Below, piece by piece: positions 50,841-63,319 of a stretch of 64,000 nucleotides of DNA. The position numbers were made by a program, and so were the translations under genes. The notes beneath the pieces were generated by a model that saw nothing but the letters and a program-made list of their open reading frames with translations, had not been told where the DNA came from and searched no databases. Within the stretch, counting starts at the first letter, position 1; every line of letters starts with the position of its first letter. This stretch comes from Lingula anatina (taxonomy: Eukaryota > Animalia > Brachiopoda), in NCBI GenBank assembly GCA_051362555.1, contig CM120648.1, forward strand, positions 10,226,587-10,290,586. Reading direction: 5' to 3'.

Positions 50841-51484
50841 GATATGAGCTAATTTTTGATAAGTTTTTAGACCTGCACACATTGCATCCAGCCCCGTTTC
50901 TAAACCGCATCTACCCAGCAAACACTTACAGAACAGTATAATTATTACGTTACTATTACGAAAATCTTTTTGGGCTGTTTTCAATTTTATAAATCATTAA
51001 ACTGATAATAGTCACCTGCCTCGAAGACGTCAACAAGTTATTATAGTGTTGTGTCAGCAAACGATAAGTGCAATACAGATTGATGAACAACCAACTCAAA
51101 GATAAAAACCACGGGCCAATATACCCTTATCATATTTATTTGACTCTTTGTGTGTATTAGTAGGTCAGTACTGGTGATTTGACATTGAAAACTATGAACG
51201 AAAATGCTACCGGAGTTCCTTAACATTGCATGGGTGAATGGAGAGATCTCCGTTCTAAATTTAATTAATTTCAAGTGTTTAATTGCAATCACTCTTTTAC
51301 AAAAAAAAAAAGTAATTGTATCTCATTTTCAATGAAAAAAAAGACCATTAATAAACTATTTACTTCATGCATAGAATATATTTGGGACCCGTGATCACCC
51401 AGTTATGTTTCAGCATAATAATGCTACTCCACGTGCAGCCAATACAACATTTAGATTTCTATATTTACGTCTTTTATAATTTTT

Positions 51485-51755
51485 TCCCCGATCAAGTGAA
51501 GGTCTTTTTTGGCGTCTTCATTATCTTGTCCTGATCATGTGAAGGCGATATTAGTTACAGCGTTCTTATAACCCTTTGTCGGGCAAATAAAGCCGATAAT
51601 AGTCTTTATATTCGTTTTCCGGTCAAGTAAATGTGATTTTAGGTACAATGTCCTTTAAACATTTACCCGGTCAAAAAAGGCAATTGCAGTTACCTCTTTA
51701 TTACTCTTTTACGAACAAGGAAAGGCGATTTTAGGCACAATTTTATAACCCTTTT
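51485..51755. repeat. Degenerate ~44-bp minisatellite (~6 units)
   Basis: Recurrent ggtcaa..aaggcgattttag.taca...ttataaccctt. Confidence 0.65.
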
Positions 51756-52380
51756 TATCTAAGCTAAGCTTTAAGCTTTAAGCTATCCAATTACTTATCT
51801 ATTCACCGTGTGTAAAAAGCCCTCACCGAAACGCCACAGAACTTTTGATTCCATGCAAAAACACATCAGTTGCGTCCTCCAGAACAAAATTTAAAATATT
51901 CTGAAAATGCTAAGATGTGACTTTAATTTCTCTTTTCTTATTATAGCTAGCTTATTCAACAATCATTAACATTTTGAGAAAAAAAAAACATCTTAGATGT
52001 TGAATAAAACTTTGTTTATTGTTTGAATATCTGCATCTCTTTATCAGTGCATGAGCGTTAATTGACACGCTTTTGGTAAAGGAGTATAGCTACTTGAATC
52101 AAAGATATCAAGAACGTGTTATTATCAGTGATGATTACCTCCTACTGGTTAAGGTCTATAATTTGGGCTCACGTGTTCAACTCCAAAGGGCATTTGGGCG
52201 TATATAAATATGATTTAAATATAATGTCGGGACAACTTTGAACACGAAGGGATGTTTTCGACGAATCGCAAAGTAGGTTCTTCTGGCTCAGGGAATAACG
52301 CTGGTTAGCATTGTTTCAGCCTGTCTATTTTCCAGGTCCTCATATATTTTATCTCATTTCAAGGAGCATTGTTGAAGTAA

Positions 52381-52470
52381 GCTGTACTCAGGAGGCCTAC
52401 TTTGAAACAATGTGAGTGTATGATAGTAATTCTACTTACATTGTTTCTAAGTAGGCCTCCTGAGTACAGC
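52381..52470. mobile_element. 90-bp hairpin element with 4-bp flanking duplication
   Basis: ~37-bp arms (GCTGTACTCAGGAGGCCTACTT.GAAACAATGT.AGT); GTAA on both sides. Confidence 0.75.
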
Positions 52471-52951
52471 GTAACTACCACATGATAGTCAAAAGGTACT
52501 CGTAAGTGCCATATTCAAACACAACCAAACGGGAAAAGTTTTACATCAGAACAATCATTATGTATCAATTGGATCGTTGATTATCAAAACTATAGATAAT
52601 ATCTTGTACGACAGTAAAGTAGTTTATTTTCTTGTGACCAACAATTAAGAAGTTCATTGCTTGTTATTACCTACATTGTATTAAGCATATGCATACATTT
52701 TTAATGAAGTAATTCTCTTTGATTTCACTTTCCGTTTGGATTATTTTTTTCATTAAAATGGAAAATATGTCAAGTCCTTATTTTAGCTTAATAGTGCATT
52801 CTCAAATATGTCCACTTACAGGTTATTTTTTGTCTGTTGACAGTCATTCTGTGTCAGGGAGGTATCTCTTGTTTGTCCTCTGGCTTTAAAACCCAAATAA
52901 ACCATAGATAATATACCAGTATTATTTAAAAATCCAAAACAGCAAAAACGT

Positions 52952-53006
<55 letters not shown>

Positions 53007-53049
53007 ATAAGTACAGCACTTAAATATAGACGTATTTTAAAGTTTAAAA

Positions 53050-53400
53050 TATACACAAATCTTTAAATAAAACTCTTTGCTAAATTTTTAGCCAATGTGA
53101 CTTTTTTAAAGACTGGAGTAATATTTATGATTTTTTTTACTAATCTAGCTGTGAGTACTTGAATTAATATTGAGTTCTTTAAATTATTCTCACTCACTCC
53201 AAAAAGAGCACTACTACAATAGTCAAGATTTGAGGTAATAAAAGCATGAACCAATTTCATGGTTGTTGCTATAACAAAAAATTATCAATCCTACCAATCT
53301 TCCATTGTGAAAAAAGGTGCTTACATACGGGTATTGTTTATTTGCTTCTCAAAAATGTTCCAGCTAAATGATAAACAACCTAACTTAATCTCTCGCACTC
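53050..53400 (-). mobile_element. Decayed L2-type LINE fragment near a 50-nt poly-A tract (52953-53002)
   Basis: LVHAFITSNLDYCSSALFG...ARLV...ITPV motif. Confidence 0.7.
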
Positions 53401-54584
53401 TGACTTAACGATGCCCTTACTGACAATCTTTCAACACAAATATTTGTTTTTTGTTGCACAGTCATTATGGTCTTTTCAAAAAAAGAAGAAAAAAAACAGG
53501 CAATTTCAGCTTTACTGTCAAACAAGCTAGCAAATAAAGTTAGCAGAAGATTATTTGGATAAACTATAAGCATAATGCTAATTACTAAAAACATCACTAT
53601 AAAAATTAAACACTGAATTTCCTTTCAATAAATCTATTTAGAAAACTGTTCGTATCTTCAATATTGAATTTGTCATTCGCAATTCTAATTTAAACCCATA
53701 CAAAACACATTTGGTGTCAATAAATATGATTTCATTAATACAACAAAATACTTTGTCAGGCGTCCAAATGCTTGTGAGATATCAGTCTAGATGTGAACTC
53801 TCACTAAAACCATAACTAATTTCAACATTTGTCTCGATTCGAGTAGGCCATGCGACTGATATATGGAATATTAAACCCGCCTGATATCATGAATCAACGA
53901 GCTTGTCATTCCCTCTTTTAAAGCAATATGCCCCAATACACTGCAAACTTGGCCTATAACCATTAAGCAACGCTATGCAGAATTAAAGCATTGTAGTAAG
54001 TTGTGTGTCATATACTTGTGGGGCAATTAAGATATCACAACAACAAACCCGCTGAATTATGATGGAAGTTCACCTGTGTAATTTTTAGATGATGTTATTT
54101 GTTTAAACTTTCCAATTTCTACACTTATTTGAGCAAGAACTAAGGAACTAGTTAATAATGCTCAATCGCATAGTAACACACACTGATGGAGGTCACAGCA
54201 ATGTTCAAAAGCTTCGTTAGGTACAGCTTTTAAGTACAATTATAAAAGTGTATACGTATTACAATACCCGCTGAATGTTCGTATACTGTAGTAAGTGTAG
54301 TAAAACGTATAGTAAAACTCCTAAAATGCAACCTGTTCTATATTTGTCAATATATTATACAATTATCTACTTTGTCTGAGATTAAAATGTTGTTTTGCTG
54401 ACTTAAGAAAAGTGTTATTGACCAGTGTGCAGCCGAGAAGATATTTTGTTTTTTGGCGACGTCAGGAAGGTAGAAATGTAGTTGTACTACATAGAAAATT
54501 TCCGGCTATAAGATTGTTTTGGTTATCAATTATATTACAGTTATATATATTGATATATACTCTAAACCGAACCAGGAAATCTCC

Positions 54585-57500
54585 TTATTCGGGCTGATTT
54601 TGATCCGTTGTCCCTTCAAGCACATTGCTGTTATCGTCAGTCGGTGTTCCAATACTTTTTCCACTTGCCGAACTTTTCCCCTGTTCAATACAATAATGAC
54701 TGAAGTTTCTATCCTCTTCTATAGCCTTTGTGCAGTCATCATATTGAAGAGCTTTGAATTTTTCAAAGAGTTTGAAAACATCTCCTCCATACAAAACAAG
54801 GAGAATTTTTTCTATAGTTTCTTTTGTAGTGGCACCGGGGGTAAGTTGTCCCCATTCCATACTGCCTCTTAACTCGAGATGCCTGTCATTAATACTCAGT
54901 AGCGTGCATAGTTTTTCAATTGTTGTTTTTTCCAATGTTGGCGGTTTCTTTTCCAGTGTGGAGTAGCGTTCGTGAGATGACTGTTAGGATAAAAATATTA
55001 AAAAGATTAAAAGGTGAAAATTACAGCGGCGGTTGCAACACAATCCGTCACCAGGGCCCAGCTTCACTGGATAATGCTATCCTATGGATAACACTATCCA
55101 TTGAATACAAATGTTTTTCACTGGACAGTAATTCTGAAAATAGCAGCCATTTTTATCCTTTGGAAAGAATTTTTAGAAACCAAAATATATATCTAGGGTT
55201 TACCCATATGATACCTAACCAGAGGAAAACAATATCATCTAAAGTGTTGATGAAACCGGGCCCAAGTTTAAAACATTCTATACTTATAAACGGTTTAAAG
55301 TAAAAAATTCCAGTGCATTCCGATCTGTTAAATCATAAGCACGCACAAAACAGACATGTCTTGATCAATCACAAAAATGCACATATTAACCCTGGGAAAA
55401 CAAGTAATCATAACACTGACAATAGGTAGCCCTGTGTATTTATACAAAACAGTGGTCTCTAACAAACATTAAATGAAAAATTATAAGGTTGGGATTACCA
55501 TAACAGAAATGAAAGATCCAGCCCCTTTTTCCAAGGCGATGGGAGAAAAGTGTCCCCCCCCCCCACACACACACACACACACAAACCTCTAGTGGACTTT
55601 AAATCGTACGCTACCTCATCACTGTCAGCAGAGAGTGAAACATTTCCCAACTCAATTTTGGGTTTGTCTTTTTCGTGTTCTATTGTAACAAAAAATTCTA
55701 CCACGTCCGCATTGTGGTTGGTAAACGTAAAGTCCGCCTTGCAAATATCAAAACTTCTGCCGTTGTCGAAACATCTTTCCGTTAGTATTTTCTATAAAGA
55801 AAATAATTAATCACAAACCAAATGCATGATAAAGAGGAAGTCATTCATTAATTATAAGCTTATTCTGACTTTAAAATCATGGTTCTATTAATTCCTCGTG
55901 GAACTGAAACGGATATGAAGGTTTTGATATATATACAATAGTCATTGAGGCAAAAAAAAAAACTGTTAAAGGTGAGATGTTAAGCCATACATGCATTTGA
56001 TATGAAATATCATAAAACCGAAAAGGTTTGACGTTTCATTTTAATCAGCCTATATTAGCGACTAAAATTCTCACCTGAAAAATGGTTACGTTAGCTTTCA
56101 TCCGAGTCAATACACTTTTGTTACTTCCAATTGCCATTTGTACATGTTTTTTGTAACTTTTATAAGGTAAATAAAAAATCCAACCTGTTCTTGAGAATGT
56201 TGCATCGTAGGTATGTCCATTTTGATGATGATGGTCTTCATGTCAAATGTACCGTGGTAGTCCGTATTTAACAAACATATAACGTGCTCATTCTCCCACT
56301 TCTCCCTTTTAGTATCCTAGGTGATTGAGGAAAAATCCAGTTCCAGTAACAGCCGACTGGTAAGACTACAGAGTACAGTATATTAGATTTTCAAGATATG
56401 TGCCACTTTTCTACTCTAGCTGTCTCTAAATTTTAGCAAAATTACCTGTCAGCTCCATACGTTTGACACAAAATGCGGTGATAGAATGATTCACAGCTTT
56501 TTGATTATATCATAAAAAGTATTTAACTAGTGTAGCATACGTCATTTGCTTTAACACAGTAATACTTACTTTGAATCTTTCTGTGGGAACTAAGCACACT
56601 TGGATGTTGTTACCAAGTCTTTGCAGTGATTTTGGTCCAAATACTGCCGCCGTCAAACTGATTCTACTCCTGCTTCCAAATGCAGCCTGCATTTCTTGCT
56701 CACATTCACTCTGGCCACCACTAAAATGTTCCAAAGCGATATTTTTCATGTCTCCATTAATCACATAAAACAAATTGCTTTCTTCCCATTTATCCTGTTC
56801 GTACAAGCTGGTATCCGTCTCCCGAAAAATAGAGTAGCCGTCTGTCGGAAATGAAATAACTGCAGCACGATTTAACTTTAGACCATGTGGTCCATATCTA
56901 AAATGATATCCCTGTCCTGGGCCTCCTTTTACGTAAAGATAGACTAAGTACAAATCATCAGTTGGCATTGAGTCTGGTGGTATGTATAAACTGACCAGGC
57001 CTACGTTGATCTGAGCGCCTTCTTCTTTTGACACAATGCATGCACCAAACGACCGGTCATCACTCTTGTAGACTACTTTTCGGAAGTCGATTGGTAACCA
57101 ACCATTTTCTCTAGAAACTTCAGCCTGTTCACATACATCTAGAATGTGTTTGCATAATTGAGGGTAAGCTAATCGGCTTTTGGGATCCTGCGCCTCTCTT
57201 CGAAGATCTGACGTTTTCAAAAGTTTGTGGTCGTTTTCGTGTGTTAAACTAAAGATAGATACAAATTGTTGAAATGTATAGGAGGTATTAAAACGTCAAC
57301 AAAATATTAAGAAACTTTTTAAAGTGGACTTGCCAAAAACTATACATTCACAGCATTTCAATGAACCAGGTTGGGAAATGTTAATGTTGTTTAAATAACT
57401 CACCACTGAAAAAAAGATATTTGGCAAATCCCAAGACCATATGGATAGCAATGCAATTGATTTAATTTTCAAGTTCCAATTGTTAATAGGGCATAACGAT

Positions 57501-59875
57501 AGCTACGAAAGAAAAAAAAAACAGTTAAGTAGGCTTGAGATATCCAAAGGACAGGGTTCTTTTAAACGGTCTGTCTAACTGTAAAAACCTGTTTACCTAT
57601 TTTATTGATGTTGTTGTAAAATTACTAACGTTATGCCCTTATTAGAATTTTATAATTCATGGGCCTTCAATTGGGCTATTTTAATAGCTGACAGTTCTTA
57701 AAGCCATACATGTAGCATACCTGTTGTTATCATCAGTGAACGAAGCAGAACCGGTGTTGTATCCTACAGCAGAATCGGAATCAGCCTCGCTTCGACTGTC
57801 TATACTTGAAAAAACCGGCCATGTTTCCATAAACTGCTTTTCCTTGGTTATTGCTTGGAAAAAATAATGCTCATTAGCTGGGACCACCTGGGCATTTGAA
57901 AGTAGTGTGGTGCGTTCTGTTTGACCGATGAACATATCTGTTGTGTCATTTGGTGTACTGTGATCTTGATTATTGTCATGGATTCGACACCCGACTTCCG
58001 GCAAAGTATCAAGCAAATCATCCCCCGAAGTATCTGGCAAGGTGTCCGGCAAGGTATTCAACAAAGTATACCCTTTTTTATACCGTTTTGCTGGAATATA
58101 ATAATGTAAACGTGAAAATGTTACGTTTGTTGTATTATTACAAACCGGAATACGCTGATGTCCCCAAAATGTTGGTACATACATGACCCCACTTGGTCAT
58201 TTCAGTCAGTAAAATTACTTGGTCGCTTGAGGGTAAATACTCAGGTATGCATGTACATGTATTTGTAAGAATATTTCATAATGGTAGCTCCGCGTCTCAA
58301 TTCTGTGAACTCATGCGAATCCTTATATGGCTAAGTAGTCTTATATCGGATTTCCAATGCACCTGGCATATCTGGCAACGGGGAGCAATGTTAACACAAG
58401 CAGGAATGGGTAATATTCCGTGCCGCGCTCCCTTGTTGATTAATTTTATTGCTTTTTTTATTTTCAACGTTTTTCATAAGACCTTTGAAGATTCATTTCA
58501 GTAGAGAGCAACCGTTCCCAGTATCTAGCTGTAGTGATCAGTTCAGCAGGTGAGATATTACGCCACTTCAGGTTTACTTTAAGATTGGCTTTGACGCGAT
58601 TCCTTGGCCTCTGTTTCTCTTCAAGCTACAGTGATTTGTGGGAGCAAAGAGATTTGAAAAACGCGTATCTATCAATAAATAAACATTTTCCACGCATCAC
58701 GGTGACTTAACGGTCAGGAACGCGTGCTTAGAATCGATATGTAGAGTGAAACCAAGAGCGAAATTCCGTTAACTTGAAAAATGACTACAAATAGTGGTAG
58801 ACGTTCGAAGTCGAATTACACCAATTTTTGTCCCTCACATGTATTGTACAAATGATATACAATGAAAAAGGCCATCAATATTGAAGGTACATGTAAATGC
58901 CCTGAAAAAGTCTAAAATACGAAAAATCATGATGCACTTGTATCATCCTTTTGATGCAAAAGTGTATAAAAAATTGTTTAAAACTGTATGCCACTGAACT
59001 GTATATAATATTACGCTACACCGTGCCTCCAGTACCACAATCCCGAGATGACCTTGAATATTATCAGGCATTTTAAATCGCAAATTAAGCTGTTTATACC
59101 ATTTCATATTGCATTTAATCATCCACAACAAACATCTTTTCAAAAGCGGCCTCAAATTGATCCTTACCTTTACAGCGTACAACCACAGCATACAAGACAG
59201 CAAAGAAAAGAATCGCTACAAAGAGAGCAATGTACCCAACGTCGCTTGCAAGAGCTAAAATAAAAAACACAACGTCTTTTATAGTGCGATATTGAACTCC
59301 AAATTATTACAAACAACATATATTGTTTAGAAAATGATTCAGACACGCATAGGTTAGCGTACTTTATCGAATTAACAAAATATTTTGTCAAAAACATAAG
59401 AAATACTGTGTATTGTATACAATTAAGCTAACTTTGAATATACCATTACATTATTTCACTTGAATTATAATAGCTATAATGTAATATGTTTATTCACAAA
59501 ACAGCATCATGAAACCACCAATTCACCTTTTACGTCCGAAAACTTTGCCAATCTGGGTAATAGCATACACGGGTCATAATTGTCAAGTCTTAAACCAAAG
59601 TAGAAGTTATCTTCATCCCTGCGTATGTAAATACAAACGTTTTATTAATTCAGTAAACTGCAATATAAAATGTTCTTATTTAAAAGTGTCCTGGACACCA
59701 GCACATTCACAATGGATTATATATATATATATATATATAGAAAGACAAGAAAACTGTTATCTCCATGTTGATTAATATAAGGCCCTACAGCCGTGTTCTT
59801 GTCTTTCTGTATCAGATACCCATGGTCCGTCATCATGGGTAGAGCACGCTTCCAAAGTGAATCGATTACATTTTC

Positions 59876-59911
<36 letters not shown>

Positions 59912-61135
59912 TCTTGCTCAAAATGGCTGGAACAAGGAAATTCTGGGATGCATTTCGCCCTGTTTCTTTCATTATAATTGTTATTACCAATATTATACCG
60001 TTTATATTGTTTTTAAGCAAATTAAAATATGTGAAGCTGGGGGATTAGCAAAGTTAAAGAGAAACAAATAATGCATATCTAAGAAAAGCATTAATTTATT
60101 TAGGGTTTTTGCCTCATGCCCTCAAAAATGAGTATTATTTACACAAAAGTTACAGGTAAAAAAATTAGCATAAATTTGCAATGTGATTGACAATATATAT
60201 GAAATTTGGGGAAATTGTCATGAAAACCCTTCACACTTCATTATTAATCTCAGTAGCGGGGATACTCCACTGCGAGTTTGGATTATGACCACCAGACGGC
60301 GTGGCATACTGTGATCTAGAGTTACAGCTCTTTATAGAGGATTTCTGGTCCATTCAACTTGAATGGCGTCTCGAAGATGATCTAAATTTGCAGCGGGAGG
60401 GTTTCTCCTTTAAATTACACTACCAAGTTCGTCCCACTTGTGCACAATTGGGTATGCATTTGGGCTGCTTTCTAGCTGTGGCATCAGCTGAATGTTGTTT
60501 TGGCGGATATAGTTGTCAATTAAGCGGGTTGTATGGGGAGTTGCATGATTATGGTGCAATCTTCAATTGTGTCTGTATATTCCTTTAGAGAACGGCTACA
60601 GGTTCTGTTGAAAAAAATGTCCCTGTATCTGGCAGTGTTAATGTTTTCATCAGGAGGAAGCAATGGGCATATGCCGTTGCTGCAAATGGCACCCAAACAT
60701 GTACGGAACCATCTCTTCCAGATATTGTTTCTTGGATATTTTCAGTCAAGGAGTCTACGCACTCTCATTCTTCAATCTGTTGGATACAGTAGAAAACGGG
60801 ACTCATCTGCAAACACCACGTAGTTCCAATGTTGGACCGTAAGGTTACGGTTCTGCCGCGCCCGCTGCAGCCTGCCTGCGGTTTACCGTCTGGCGAGACT
60901 ATCGAGCCAAACGTCGGGCCTGTAGCTTTGGTCCGCTCTCTTCTTGCCAGCTCGATGATGACACAATCACTTCTGGTTTTTGTACTTCGCGGTCATTAGT
61001 TCACATCTAGTACATGTTACCTAATGTCGTGCCAATTGGTTTAATGACTCTTTTTTCGTACCAAGTGTTGCGTTTTAGAAATACGAATAAAATATCCCAT
61101 TAAGTTATTTTCGACGTGTACCAACCATTTTTGGC

Positions 61136-61197
<62 letters not shown>

Positions 61198-63319
61198 CAT
61201 TGGTCAAAAAGATTGTCCCACACCCATGTGCATTTATTTATAAATGACCACATCACAGGTGAAAATTGTTATAAATAGTGATTTTCATTCCGGATACCAC
61301 AACTGACATGGTACAGAAAATACAAACTAGCGGTTAAGATATCCATATTTAATACCTTTTATGCATATTTATCACATGTACCCCCTCAAATGGGACGTGG
61401 CACGAATTGTTGCAGAAACCCAAGGTTGTGAGGCTGCAGAGACCATCTTTGAGTCCTGCTAATAAAGCTACTGAGCACCCGTGGCACGAATTGTTGTGTG
61501 CAATCTACAGGAAAACCAAACTCCAAATAGTCCGGACCAATTCCTTCAAGCTCTTTAGGAAACATGGTACAATATCCCACAAAACAGAATTGGTACCCTT
61601 GTTGAAGGCAGCGGCGCCGTCTACAGGAGATAATTACTGTATGCGGTAAACCCACACGCTAATACACAAATGATCTCTAACAAGCACACCCTAATGCTAG
61701 ATGTGCGTAAATTTTGTGACATTTGGTGGTTTTTATTTTTAATTCAATGAACATTTCTTTACATCTGTGGAAATGACAGTGGAACATCGGATGCGAGGGG
61801 GTACATGTGATAAATGTGAATAAATGGTATGAAATATGGATATCTTCACCGCTAGTCTGTATTTTCTGTATCACTAATCATGTAAGTTACAGTGTCTGGA
61901 ATGAAAATCACCATTCATAACAACTTACCCCTGAGATGTGATCATTTATAAATAATAGCACATGAAACTGGGGGTGGGACTTTTTGACCAATGTTGCATA
62001 TCTACAGTGTATCTCTCTATATATAAGACGTGTAATAGTAATTACAACCGCCAAACCTCGATTTAACTCCTATTTCAAAATTGATATATCCACATATAAG
62101 GCCTTCACCACATCATATAAATAAAAACCCCTGAAGACGCAATGAAACCGGTCGGGGCAAAATAACTGCTGTTCTTTATTTCTTTTATCATATATAATAA
62201 TAATAATAAAAAAATTATTTTAAGTCAACATCCATTTAAAATGTTCAGTAGACTTTACATAAAATATCATAAATAATAATACATAAAATATCATAAATAA
62301 AATCTAGGTAAAACAGCCATTATTCCATACAATTAAATGCAATTAATACAAGATTTATAAAACCAATTAAGAGTTAATCAAAATATTTCCTAAAAAGGTA
62401 TGTTTTGATTTCTTTTTTTAAATGTTTGGTAGACTGAATTGCTCGGATTTCCAGCGGTAATAGATTCCATTCCTTTGGACCTGCAGCTTTAAAAGATATA
62501 TCACCGTAGGTTTTTAATCGCATTTTTACTGGGTTGAGTAGCAATTGGTCTACAGACCGCAGATTTCGCATTGGAACATAGTGACTGACTAATTCATTGA
62601 TGTAGATTGGTGCCAATCCATAAAAAGCATCGTGAGTAAAAACTAAAAATTTGAATAAAATTCTGCCTTGTATAGAGGTAGCCAGTGTAAACTTTTTAAA
62701 CTGGGGAGATGTGTATGCTTGTGGATGTCCGAGTTAATAATCTGGCCGAAATATTTTGAATGCGCTGCAGTCTGGCAATTTGTTTCTTTGGACAACCGTA
62801 TAAAATGAAGTTGCAGTAATCTAATCGAGATGTAACTAAACAATTTATGACTGTGGCTGCAGCAGAGTCGGACAACTGATTGCGAATTGCACTTATGTTC
62901 CTAATGTTAAAAACCGCTGACCTGCATACACTGGCAATATGTTTGTTCATACAAAGCGATCCATCTAAAAATACACCAAGATTTTTTGCATAGGTTGTTG
63001 GCTTAATAATGCTTGATCCAATTTTGAGCTGAATTTGTTGTGCTATCATACGATTATGTGGCTGACTTATTACCAAAAGTTCAGACTTTCCATCGTTAAT
63101 TTTCAACTTATTACTAATCAGCCACCTGCGAAGATCGTCAATACATTTAGACAATATATCAATAGATATATAAATATATTACCCAGCAAAACAGTCACCA
63201 CATATTGTGTCTCTGGTTAAATTACAAGGCTCTTTGGTTTCTCTGTACAAGTCAAGACAGTCGGTGCAATTTCGCCATGACATTTCGTCGAAACTGAAGT
63301 ATCGTTGGAACTCGCACAC
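54585..63319 (-). CDS. Single-pass receptor: TNFR cysteine-rich domain - stalk - TM - ZU5 (HF|S) - UPA - death domain (>=689 aa; 5' end unresolved)
   Basis: Exons 63183..63319 (VCEFQRYFSFDEMSWRNCTDCLDLYRETKEPCNLTRDTICGDCFAG), 59527..59618, 59168..59254 (TM YIALFVAILFFAVLYAVVV then RCK), 57721..58090, 56570..57248 (ZU5: VSLYIPP, GPHGL, LEHFS; UPA start AAVFGP), 56185..56316, 55615..55791, 54585..54980 (death-fold). All GT-AG, phases 2,1,1,2,0,0,0 match, 2070 nt without internal stop. Confidence 0.8.
59910..61140 (-). mobile_element. Decayed Tc1 transposon within (TA)n, inside a receptor intron
   Basis: WNYVVFADESRFLLYPTD*RMRVRR, GSVHV, PPAANLDHLRDAIQVEW, MPRRL...SRY*; degenerate TIRs abut TA tracts. 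Confidence 0.85.
61195..61998. mobile_element. Tc1-like MITE with ~190-bp TIRs
   Basis: AACATTGGTCAAAAAG...ATCACATGTACCCCCTC / GAGGGGGTACATGTGAT...TTTTTGACCAATGTT; adjacent to TA. Confidence 0.8.
62128..62157 (+). ncRNA. Minimal type-I hammerhead-ribozyme-like motif (Penelope-type), helix II degenerate
   Basis: CCC-CTGAAGA-cgcaat-GAAA-CCGG-TC-GGG: catalytic boxes, palindromic helix III (ACCGGT) and CCC/GGG helix I. Confidence 0.45.
62340..63140 (-). mobile_element. L2-type LINE 3' fragment in a receptor intron
   Basis: KLKINDGKSELL, KNLGVFLD, SRLDYCN, LQRIQN, LHWLP, RNLRS, AGPKEWNLLP. Confidence 0.88.

Noticed and set aside
51485-51755. CRISPR-like spaced repeats
   Set aside because: Degenerate tandem minisatellite without unique spacers or cas genes, in eukaryotic DNA.
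52138-52885. Possible further upstream exons of the ApoL-like remnant
   Set aside because: Splice-like ends are present but frames contain stops or lack recognisable motifs.
58091-58504. ORF-track N-terminus MYVPTFW... and plus-strand ORF 58193-58504
   Set aside because: Lies in the intron between the TM exon and the acceptor at 58090; no recognisable motifs.
59772-59880. Cys-containing stretch HGKCNRFTLEAC...HGC as a second cysteine-rich exon
   Set aside because: No acceptor (abuts a TA tract), no TNFR spacing, and the CRD and stalk exons already join in phase.
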